NCBI GenBank assembly: GCA_002496395.1 | Contig: DAJQ01000023.1 | Location: 1-63,307 of the forward strand | Direction of reading: 5' to 3' | Origin: Methanocorpusculaceae archaeon UBA456 | Lineage (GTDB): Archaea; Halobacteriota; Methanomicrobia; Methanomicrobiales; Methanocorpusculaceae | DNA: 63,307 bases | In this document: in pieces, positions 1 through 7,754 of the stretch | How the letters are laid out: each line of letters starts with the position of its first letter | How positions within the stretch are numbered: position 1 is the first letter of the stretch | Made by a program: the position numbers and the translations under genes | The notes under the pieces: generated by a model | Told to the model about the DNA's origin: nothing | What the model saw: the letters and a program-made list of their open reading frames with translations, nothing else | The model's database searches: none

Positions 1-1
1 A

Positions 2-217
2 GAGATCTCCTATATTGTGTATATTCAGGTCTTTAATCCCAAGACAGGTGAACAGATCAGCACATATCTGGTGGCAGTCAGTTATGAGGGCAAAATCACT
101 TCGAAATACTACCCGAATCCGTCAAAAGTCGTCGGCGTCCCGATATCCAATTTCCCAATACCTTCCGCCATATGCCCCTGTTTTCACCACACCGCATCAA
201 TGTCTGCACTCAGGTGA
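2..217 (+). CDS. 3' end of a hypothetical protein (5'-truncated by window edge)
   Basis: Frame is open from base 2 (EISYIVYIQVFNPK...) to TGA at 215-217; no recognisable motif. Confidence 0.35.
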   Translation, partial: EISYIVYIQVFNPKTGEQISTYLVAVSYEGKITSKYYPNPSKVVGVPISNFPIPSAICPCFHHTASMSALR

Positions 218-896
218 CACACGACCAGTTCAGCCCACCGCCCTCAGTCGACGACCTGCGGGTGAAAGCCCGGACCGGAACGGGGACTCGCCCCCTGGTA
301 TCCGCCGGTACCGTCACAGATCCATACAGACGGTAGTCAAGTACCACCAGTTCTATCTCGATTCCCAGCGGGGGAGCGTTGTCCGAGAGCGGTTGGATGC
401 TTTCCGGCACGTATACAAGGGTCAAAGCGTGTGGAGAACATTGGCCTGATCCCTGTGAATCGGGTGCCTTTTCGGATGCATCTATCACTGGTGAGAAGGA
501 GAGTTCGTCACTCGTAATCCCGCCATCATCTACGACTCGTGCCATGGTAAATCCGGCGGAAACATCCGTGAAGTTTGCATCCATCGACTGCAACGCAAGC
601 ATCTTGCCGTCATCTGTCATGACGAGCACCGATTTCCAGTCTCCAAACGTCTTATACTGCACCCTCTCCGCGGGAAAGATCTCGGTCTCTCCGCCAATCA
701 TGGGTAGAGGAACCAGGATATCAGTTCCGGGGCTTCCCCCGTATGATGATACATTGTGAATTCTCACGGTATACTCATACATCTGATACGAGGGCTGGGT
801 GACATGAATATACCAGTTCGCTCCGAGTACTGATACCAGCAGGACGAGACCGAAGACGATCACGACTTTCAGGATAAATAATGAGATTTTTTTCAT
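210..896 (-). CDS. Hypothetical membrane-anchored/exported protein (228 aa)
   Basis: ATG start, N-terminal basic plus hydrophobic segment (MKKISLFILKVVIVFGLVLLVSVLG), soluble remainder. Confidence 0.75.
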   Translation of the reverse strand: MKKISLFILKVVIVFGLVLLVSVLGANWYIHVTQPSYQMYEYTVRIHNVSSYGGSPGTDILVPLPMIGGETEIFPAERVQYKTFGDWKSVLVMTDDGKMLALQSMDANFTDVSAGFTMARVVDDGGITSDELSFSPVIDASEKAPDSQGSGQCSPHALTLVYVPESIQPLSDNAPPLGIEIELVVLDYRLYGSVTVPADTRGRVPVPVRAFTRRSSTEGGGLNWSCVT

Positions 897-912
897 TTGA
901 TCCCCTTCATGA

Positions 913-1143
913 TTATCTCTTTACATAATCGACAAGGCCCATATTGTATCGTGCTCCATGTAAGATGCAATTTTCAGTATACTGATTCAATGTCGGATCA
1001 TCCTGCCAATTGGGATCTTGGTTCATCGCTGTTTCGATGTAATTCAGGTATTAATTGGAGACTGCTGTGGCCGCGGCTACAGGAATGCACAGAGTGCATG
1101 CGATGAGCAGAACGGCAAGTACCTGCACTGCTTTCACGATCAT
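913..1143 (-). pseudogene. Signal-peptide ORF interrupted by an in-frame TAA
   Basis: Manual translation: MIVKAVQVLAVLLIACTLCIPVAAATAVSN*YLNYIETAMNQDPNWQDDPTLNQYTENCILHGARYNMGLVDYVKR*. Internal TAA at 1051-1053; not in the ORF track. Confidence 0.45.
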
Positions 1144-1205
1144 GAGCCCCTCGTCATTCGCCAAGGCATGCAGAACACATCAATCACTCCGCAGGACATC
1201 ATCCC

Positions 1206-1829
1206 TCAGTCCTTTCCCTTCGGGGCAGATCGTCTTTCCCAGACGTAGAGGATGGGAAAAGAAACGACACCAATAAGCACGATTGCCTGGAGGAGGGGAA
1301 GAACAGGATACCCCAGTGCAAGGTAGCGCAGAACAATGATCACGGCTGCCATGAGGTAGAAGACAACTGATCGTGCAAGGGTGACGCGGCGCTCCCCGGC
1401 ATCGATGAAGACGATGCGCATCAGGAGCAGGCCAATGATGACAAGGACAGGGAGCCAGAATACCTGGTTGATGGAGTATGTAAGGGACGCGTAGAGATAG
1501 ATCAGGAAGATCACGACGGCAAGGACGGCATCGGTCACCTTCTCAACGAGGGCTCTTCTCTGCTTCGTCTTCTCCTCTCCCTGTTCTCCCAACCGGAGGG
1601 CGTGATGGAGACTGCTTATGGGGTTGGGGTCGTGCAGATTTTCCTTCCGCCTGTACCACACCATGACACAGAAATATATTGCAGTGAGGATCGCTGCCAG
1701 AGGAAATGCAGAAGCCGTGGATAACGGCAAGTAGCCACCCACGGTGGGAATAGCAATGATGAGAAACAATATCCAGTAGATTGCGAGTGAGCGCAAGAAT
1801 TCCTCTTTGACGATATGATCAATCCTCAT
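1206..1829 (-). CDS. Polytopic membrane protein (207 aa, about 6 TM segments)
   Basis: Several hydrophobic stretches; its ATG overlaps the upstream stop (ATGA at 1826-1829). Confidence 0.75.
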   Translation of the reverse strand: MRIDHIVKEEFLRSLAIYWILFLIIAIPTVGGYLPLSTASAFPLAAILTAIYFCVMVWYRRKENLHDPNPISSLHHALRLGEQGEEKTKQRRALVEKVTDAVLAVVIFLIYLYASLTYSINQVFWLPVLVIIGLLLMRIVFIDAGERRVTLARSVVFYLMAAVIIVLRYLALGYPVLPLLQAIVLIGVVSFPILYVWERRSAPKGKD

Positions 1830-2299
1830 GCGTACACCACCGACGCGCCAGCAGGAATTGCAAAGGTGAATTCATTAAGACAGTACCAATTAACTCCAGT
1901 CGATAGAATCTGATTACTTCCTGTAATATCCGGCCCGGCCGTAATCACAGCCGGAACCTCTACCGAATGGGGCCTGAAATGTTCCGTAACAACATTGTTT
2001 GCCAAATCAAGAGTCCAGACATCCTTTCCATCCGAGATCGTTTCGCTCCCGGAGTCAAACTCCGTCAACTTAAACTTAGCCGGTTTTTTCAGGATATAAT
2101 CTTTAAATTCGAGATATTCAGCTCCGGAGAATTCTGTAGTAATTGTAACTTCCCCTGCCATGTCATTGGTTGCTTCATACTTGGCCAAGGTACGATTGAC
2201 AATCACATCAGCTGTCAGCCCACCATACGCATCGACACATCCTGCAATAACGATGATGGAAACAAGGATTAAACTGAAAACAACTCCACTTCTTACCAT
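1826..2299 (-). CDS. LolA-like lipoprotein (short)
   Basis: Start MVRSG at 2299 after GGTGGTGA; lipobox-like IAGC; KKPAKFKL...ISDGKDVWTLD and C-terminal FTFAIPAGA resemble the LolA/outer-membrane lipoprotein-sorting family. Confidence 0.7.
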   Translation of the reverse strand: MVRSGVVFSLILVSIIVIAGCVDAYGGLTADVIVNRTLAKYEATNDMAGEVTITTEFSGAEYLEFKDYILKKPAKFKLTEFDSGSETISDGKDVWTLDLANNVVTEHFRPHSVEVPAVITAGPDITGSNQILSTGVNWYCLNEFTFAIPAGASVVYA

Positions 2300-2319
2300 A
2301 TTCACCACCCTCTCTAGCA

Positions 2320-2601
2320 TCAAAGTGACGGCATCCTCCCGTAAAAGGCTATCAGGAAGCACGCAACAAAGAGAAAAACCGCCAACAACGACCTATACCA
2401 ACGTCCAACACCAGGATGAATATCGGCAGGAAGTTTAACGGATCGCAGGAATGGAACCGACAGAGCCACTGCCAATGCATACAATACTGACGACAACAAA
2501 TTTGCCTGACCTATGTATTCTGGATACCAAATCGGAACAGCAAAACGGATGACCGTGGAGACCGCAAAAAGGAGCAAAAAAGTGAGGAGGGGTCTCAACA
2601 T
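2320..2601 (-). CDS. Small membrane protein (93 aa, about 3 TM), candidate immunity protein
   Basis: ATG at 2601 overlaps the last codons and stop of the halocin-like gene; almost entirely hydrophobic. Confidence 0.6.
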   Translation of the reverse strand: MLRPLLTFLLLFAVSTVIRFAVPIWYPEYIGQANLLSSVLYALAVALSVPFLRSVKLPADIHPGVGRWYRSLLAVFLFVACFLIAFYGRMPSL

Positions 2602-3326
2602 AGCCCAGCACCTTCACATGCCAACCTTGCATTCCAGTTGCATGCTTCGTAAGCTACAAGGAACTCACATAGTACAAAACAAGAACCGGCACAAATAACA
2701 ATAAATGCCGGGTGCATTGGTTTTAAGCAGAGAGCACCGCAAACCTCCGCGCATGCTCCGGATACAAGACCCGAACATACACCAGAGACTGCCCACATGC
2801 AAAAGTCGCATACAACCCCATCATCCCTCGTCTGGCCTCCACCCATGGGATCGTATCTCAGGTAGGAGACCATGCCATCATGCGCAACAACTGCTCGCGC
2901 ATCTTTCCCGAGCTCGTTACTGGCAAACACTAGGAAGGCTTTTTCATCGGATGCTGTCTTGGTGAGGTGCATTGTTACAAGAGTAGTGGTTACGGTCATA
3001 CTTTCGTTCGTTGTAACACCACTAATAACTCGAATCTGCTCGGTAGAAAGGGTAAATCCATCGCCGAGCAATGCATCCTTCAGGTGCCGAACAGCAGTAT
3101 CCGAGAGTGCCTCTGCAATTGCAGCATTTTTCGCATCTCCAGTGAGCTCATCCGAACTCACTACGGTAGTGGAGTCGTTTGCCACTCCATCGCTCTTAAT
3201 AAACGAACAACCGGGACAGGTTCCCGGTTCAAGAGGCTCGCAAGCCATCGCCGGCACAGTCGCAACACTCACCAGCAGTACTGCCAGGAGCACAGAGAAT
3301 GCCCGCATCCTAAAGTTTTCTTTCAT
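2595..3326 (-). CDS. Halocin C8-like precursor (243 aa: signal peptide, pro-region, 76-aa Cys-rich C-terminal domain)
   Basis: Start MKENFR at 3326 after GGAGG; signal ends AMA|C; last 76 aa (DDGVVCDFC...NARLACEGAGLC) carry 12 Cys and end like halocin C8 (ACNRAGLC, recalled). Confidence 0.8.
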   Translation of the reverse strand: MKENFRMRAFSVLLAVLLVSVATVPAMACEPLEPGTCPGCSFIKSDGVANDSTTVVSSDELTGDAKNAAIAEALSDTAVRHLKDALLGDGFTLSTEQIRVISGVTTNESMTVTTTLVTMHLTKTASDEKAFLVFASNELGKDARAVVAHDGMVSYLRYDPMGGGQTRDDGVVCDFCMWAVSGVCSGLVSGACAEVCGALCLKPMHPAFIVICAGSCFVLCEFLVAYEACNWNARLACEGAGLC

Positions 3327-3534
3327 GTGTTTTCCTCCGGTTTCTTTCCCCGGAAGCAGGTGAAACATACCTACAAGCGTATAGAACGCGTACGTTCCCT
3401 TTGCCTCCGGGCATGCAGGGCGTGTCATCCGGTCGTCAACCAGGGATGGGCAACCCCTGCCTTTTTGCGGCGACATTTCAATGCATCCACACAATGACTT
3501 GAACAGCGATCCATTTAGAAATTCTCTCCAATTC
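3265..3534 (-). repeat. Leader plus signal-peptide duplication, copy 1
   Basis: 3265-3354 matches 4811-4900 and 3401-3534 matches 4946-5080 at high identity, with a diverged core of about 45 nt between the blocks. Confidence 0.9.
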
Positions 3535-3807
3535 CTCGACACATCCGGGACGTCTCTTCATCACGTTAACTCGAATAAATGGTTCCTATGAGTACCCTTC
3601 CGTTCAGATCAGGGGCAAACCCGTCGGGATGGCAGGTATCGGATATATTTTGTCCTTCCTGAATTAGAAGCGATTCTAAAGAGGGATGATCTGTAAATAT
3701 CTTATTATTCGCATACAATCACCAATTGTAAAGATAATTGGCCGAAATAGATGGAAGAAGGATGATTGATAATCTGAGATTACGTAGATGGTATCAATAT
3801 ATCAACT

Positions 3808-4143
3808 TTATTTGTTTTCGCCCTCTCTCCCCCTCCGAATAAGGTAAAATCCAACGACAAACAAGATCGCGACTCCGAGCAGGGTACCTGCCAGAAGAAC
3901 GGGATGATAAAACACGCTAAAAGAATGTGATGAACCATGATATGCCACTGTATCACCATGATTGGACGTCTTCGAAGCTGCGTGTATGGTTTCTTCGTTA
4001 TCTGTCACTGAAAGCCAGACATGTGACGAATCGATCTCACTATCTTCAACCAGACTACCGGATGCATACACTATGCCATTGCTGGCAAAGATACAGCATA
4101 GCAGAATAATGCTGATCATCCATCCTCTACCAGTACTATTCAT
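3808..4143 (-). CDS. Small exported protein with C-terminal TM anchor (111 aa)
   Basis: N-terminal signal; C-terminal GDTVAY..SFSVFYHP, hydrophobic helix, RRGR; paralog at 31912-32262. Confidence 0.7.
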   Translation of the reverse strand: MNSTGRGWMISIILLCCIFASNGIVYASGSLVEDSEIDSSHVWLSVTDNEETIHAASKTSNHGDTVAYHGSSHSFSVFYHPVLLAGTLLGVAILFVVGFYLIRRGREGENK

Positions 4144-4207
4144 AACCCTTCTTGCTCCATTCTTCTTTTTTTATGCGTAATAAACAAGTAAATGACGAAT
4201 CTTCACT

Positions 4208-4872
4208 CTAAGACACATGCATTATATTCGTTTGTGTATGCGATAACGATGGGCTGTAGATAAAACCTGGTGGAGCATAAAAGAGGTGAGCCCCATTGGT
4301 GAAATAGTAACCTGACTCTGTAACCGTTTTACTGCTCTCTGCCTTAAGATTATAGGTCCCTTCATCGTTCTCGTACACATAATCGATAATCGTACCTGTC
4401 TGGCCATTTGGATCAAGCTTGCACAGGGCACTGGTAATCTCGCCGTACGGCATCCGTAAATAGGGAGGGAATACAACCCAGGACTCACTTCGATAGTCGA
4501 TCTCCCGACCACTAGCATCAATATCTGAAATGTGGCGCATCAGTATCGCGTTTCTCGTCGTCAGGATGTCGATAAACAGGGATTCCAGTTTGGATGCATC
4601 ATGCTGTATAACCTGAACCATATCATTTTCGTATTATAATACTCGTTTTGTATCTCAATTGGTAATTTTGAGAATTCTACAGGAGTAATTTTCTCGTAAA
4701 ATTCTCCCATAGAGATGTCCTTCCCCCGAAAATCAGTGACTATCGCAATGGATTCATCACCGGAAAACTCATTGGCTACCTGTGCAGCTACAGTTGGCAC
4801 CACGGCACCCACGCTCACCAGCAGTACTGCCAGAAGCACGGAGAATGCCTGCATTCTAATTTTCTCTTTCAT
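4208..4872 (-). pseudogene. Secreted protein split by a frameshift near 4620
   Basis: MKEKIRMQAFSVLLAVLLVSV... frame ends at 4561; an overlapping frame (QVIQHDASK...IMHVS) continues to 4208. Confidence 0.6.
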
Positions 4873-5080
4873 GTGTTTTCCTCCAGTTTCTTTCCCCGGA
4901 TGCGGAAGAGGCACACGTTTAAGTACGCAGAGTGTGTATCTTTTTTTGCCTCCGGGCATGCAGGGCGTGTCATCCGGTCGTCAATCAGGGATGGGCAACC
5001 CCTGCCTTTTTACAGACTTCATTTCACTGCATCCACACAATGACTTGAACAGCGATCCATTTAGAAATTCTCTCCAATTC
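4811..5080 (-). repeat. Leader plus signal-peptide duplication, copy 2
   Basis: Direct repeat of 3265-3534. Confidence 0.9.
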
Positions 5081-5361
5081 ATTTACACGTCAGCAGGTTT
5101 TTGCCGAAAGTGAACGGTTAAACCCTCCCAGGAAGATGAGGAACGGGAGAGAGCCCATTCTCACGGCGTCATATGCTGTACGGAACGCAAGAAGGCCCAA
5201 ACTGCCGCACTTGCGCACCCCCTGTACCCGAAGACCGGGTTCTGCGGACGGAACAGGCAGGCCTGCCGGCCGATAGCATAAACCCTATCAGCCATGAGCA
5301 ACAGATCAATCAATCTATACGAAAACCTGCCGAAGCCGAAACGCTCTGAACGTGAGATACT

Positions 5362-6048
5362 ATGAAAAAAAGCCGGATTGTCATCTTGAGCATCCTTTTA
5401 GCTCTCGTCTTCGTGCATTATCTCTATATGCCCGAGCAGCCCGAGATCACGAAAGGAACGATGCATATCGACTCCCGGCAATGTCGATCCGGTCTGGTCG
5501 ACCTCTGGAATACGCTTGTACAGGAGCAGGCGTTTTCGAACGAGTCGGCCGTGCTCATCCAGCTGACTCAGTATATCGACAAAGACAGAACAGTGCAGTG
5601 TACCGAACTCTTCCTGATCGGCTACGTAGACGGGGAGGGGCACGCGTACCAGATATATGCCCCCCAGAGCGGCAACGTATACTATAACGACCAGATATTT
5701 GACTTCCCGATGCAGGGGGTACATCCCCTCACCATATTACGCGAGGTTGACAGGATCGAGTTTGACGATATCACTCGCGGAGAATACAATATAACGCTCA
5801 CGACGTTCAAACACGATGGTCCAATGACCTACAACAAAACCCACGGCGACCTGTACATCCTCGCGGACGGATCTCTCCGTCCCCTGAAAGAGGCCGCATT
5901 CTCCTCCGAGGCCTACTGGTACACCATCGAGGTCTCCCCGGAGATCGGGCAGCCGGACAGGATTACGACTGCAGGGGGGATACCTGGTCACCTCATCCTC
6001 TTCCCCGAGCAGGAGATCGCCCGGGCCAACACCGTCGTCTATGCATGA
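5362..6048 (+). CDS. Hypothetical exported protein (228 aa)
   Basis: MKKSRIVILSILLALVF N-terminal anchor; coding-like composition. Confidence 0.75.
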   Translation: MKKSRIVILSILLALVFVHYLYMPEQPEITKGTMHIDSRQCRSGLVDLWNTLVQEQAFSNESAVLIQLTQYIDKDRTVQCTELFLIGYVDGEGHAYQIYAPQSGNVYYNDQIFDFPMQGVHPLTILREVDRIEFDDITRGEYNITLTTFKHDGPMTYNKTHGDLYILADGSLRPLKEAAFSSEAYWYTIEVSPEIGQPDRITTAGGIPGHLILFPEQEIARANTVVYA

Positions 6049-6152
6049 CGTGCAGGCGGCGCCCGAAGATTCTGAACGCATCCTCGATAAGCCGCTGGGT
6101 GATCCGGGAAAAGGGGCAAACGGTGTAATTATGGAGAACTGTCGAACGGCAA

Positions 6153-6926
6153 TCAGATACTGGTACCGGACACACGCCCCTCGGAGAACGCGGGCTTCCA
6201 CGCTCCGTGGGTTTGTACACACTCTTTTGCATCGGCGCAGAGGTAGTAGTGTACGAACCGTCCATTCCTCTCACCTCTGACAATACCGCCCCGGAGCAGC
6301 GGTTTCATATGCCAGGTGATGTTCGCACCCGACATTATAAGGTGGGAAGCGATCTCTTTTCTCGTGCTTCCCGGGTGTTGCAAAACGATATTGAGTATCA
6401 GACTCTTTGACTGCTCGTTGAGATATCCTGCCACCCTTCGTTCCAGATCGGAGCAGGCGGCCGTGTTGGCGTAATATCCCATGCGTCCGCAATTCTGCTC
6501 GGGAACGACCGTTCCCATCCTGCATAACATCTCTAGGTGGTAGCGTAGGGTTCCAATATTCATCCCGAGCAACCGAGAGAGAGAGCTTGTATTGATTCCC
6601 GGATTATCCCGTATGCACAGATATGCTGCATTCCGGGGTTCGTTCTCAAGGACGTTATGGTGCAGGACCCTCTTATGGCCGAAATGCAGCCATGCGAGCA
6701 GCGAGAATACAAGTTGTATCGGGATAAAGAGCGCCGGAGCAAATACGGATACGAGCCTGAGGATCACAATGTTCAGGGGTTCGTTCCAGATGTACACCGG
6801 AGTCAGATCCAAAGTCACCTGCTCAGGATTTACGTCCTGAACAGCAGTAGCAGATGCGACAGACGGCAACAGTACGAGGCAGAAAAAGATCAGAGCAATT
6901 CCGGCAATCCACACCCGCCTGACCAT
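6153..6926 (-). CDS. Membrane-tethered tandem winged-HTH transcriptional regulator
   Basis: Signal plus TM N-terminus, then two wHTH units (IRDNPGINTSSLSRLLGMNIGTLRYHL; LQHPGSTRKEIASHLIMSGANITWHMKPL). Confidence 0.8.
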   Translation of the reverse strand: MVRRVWIAGIALIFFCLVLLPSVASATAVQDVNPEQVTLDLTPVYIWNEPLNIVILRLVSVFAPALFIPIQLVFSLLAWLHFGHKRVLHHNVLENEPRNAAYLCIRDNPGINTSSLSRLLGMNIGTLRYHLEMLCRMGTVVPEQNCGRMGYYANTAACSDLERRVAGYLNEQSKSLILNIVLQHPGSTRKEIASHLIMSGANITWHMKPLLRGGIVRGERNGRFVHYYLCADAKECVQTHGAWKPAFSEGRVSGTSI

Positions 6927-7008
6927 GGATTTACATAAAACCTGTAGTTATAAAAAGATTTGGTTTGATTGGAGTTCGGCTTTGTTGAAATCATGTGAGA
7001 GGCAATCA

Positions 7009-7443
7009 TTAAACATAAGCATTGCAATTCAGAGCATACATAATAGTTCCTGTTACACTCTCTCCATACACTATAAGGCTCCAGGTACCTGATGCAGGGC
7101 TGCTTATATCCACGCGGATTCGTCCATTCAGGTATCCATCATAATTGTCATAGTACGAACCATACAGGCTCCCATCCGGCCTGTAGATCTCCAATCTCAG
7201 GGAATGATCGGGAGTAAACCAATTTAAGTCGACATTCAGGAAGGGCATACCGGCGGGTACATTGAACAGAAGAGTATCAGTTTCCCCCTGCGTGATCGTA
7301 AAAAACTCACGGGTTCCATATCCATCCATCTGCGAGAGAAGTCCCACAGGCCTGTCATTTTCACATCCGATACCTGTAGCTGAAACCATCGGCACGATGA
7401 AGGCGATGACAGCCAGAAGTCCTATAACGCGGCTGATCTTCAT
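7009..7443 (-). CDS. Small secreted protein with a PPC (pre-peptidase C-terminal)-like beta domain
   Basis: Start MKISR at 7443; signal ends VSA; VDLNW...LRLEIYRPDG...PASGTWSLIVYG is typical of PPC-like domains. Confidence 0.7.
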   Translation of the reverse strand: MKISRVIGLLAVIAFIVPMVSATGIGCENDRPVGLLSQMDGYGTREFFTITQGETDTLLFNVPAGMPFLNVDLNWFTPDHSLRLEIYRPDGSLYGSYYDNYDGYLNGRIRVDISSPASGTWSLIVYGESVTGTIMYALNCNAYV

Positions 7444-7754
7444 TAAAATCCACCGATAAGACATCGGAAGACCTCTGTATAAAAATTCTGTCCGATTTCT
7501 TTACACGTTTTATATATGCAGGCTGGACAGTGACTTGGGCAGGGAGAGGGAGTCAGGGTGTTTCCGGAACATCGCGCGAGATCTCGGACATTCAACCGAG
7601 AATCATCCGGATCTGCACCTTCATCGAAGAACAGGTGCAGCAGGGTGATGTTTTGCGCGGCGGGTTTTTGTCCGTTGCGCTGTGCAATCCCCCTGCAACC
7701 GCATGAGCAGCCACCTCCACCCGTCCTTTGTTCTAACTTCAATAACCCTCGCCC

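Noticed and set aside
1051-1053. Possible recoding (Sec/Pyl) of the internal stop
   Set aside because: The codon is TAA, which is not recoded; no SECIS or pyl context seen.
3327-3542. 72-codon in-frame upstream extension of the halocin-like ORF (similar extensions at 20297-20482, 33339-33701 and 44443-44703)
   Set aside because: The RBS, signal peptide or family N-terminus begins at the internal Met; the paralogous leader at 4873-5080 does not keep the long frame.
3610-3636. CAGGGGCAAACCCGTCGGGA, reminiscent of a c-di-GMP-I riboswitch
   Set aside because: No GNRA tetraloop/receptor or second stem, and it is on the strand opposite the adjacent genes.
5110-5340. GC-rich intergenic stretch between the leader copy and the 5362 gene as an ncRNA or gene relic
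   Set aside because: No convincing ORF, motif or stable stem pattern could be supported.
7443-7742. 99-aa minus-strand ORF with GGGGCSCGC
   Set aside because: Runs through the TATA-containing promoter of the 7443 gene, has no recognisable family, and looks like a chance frame.
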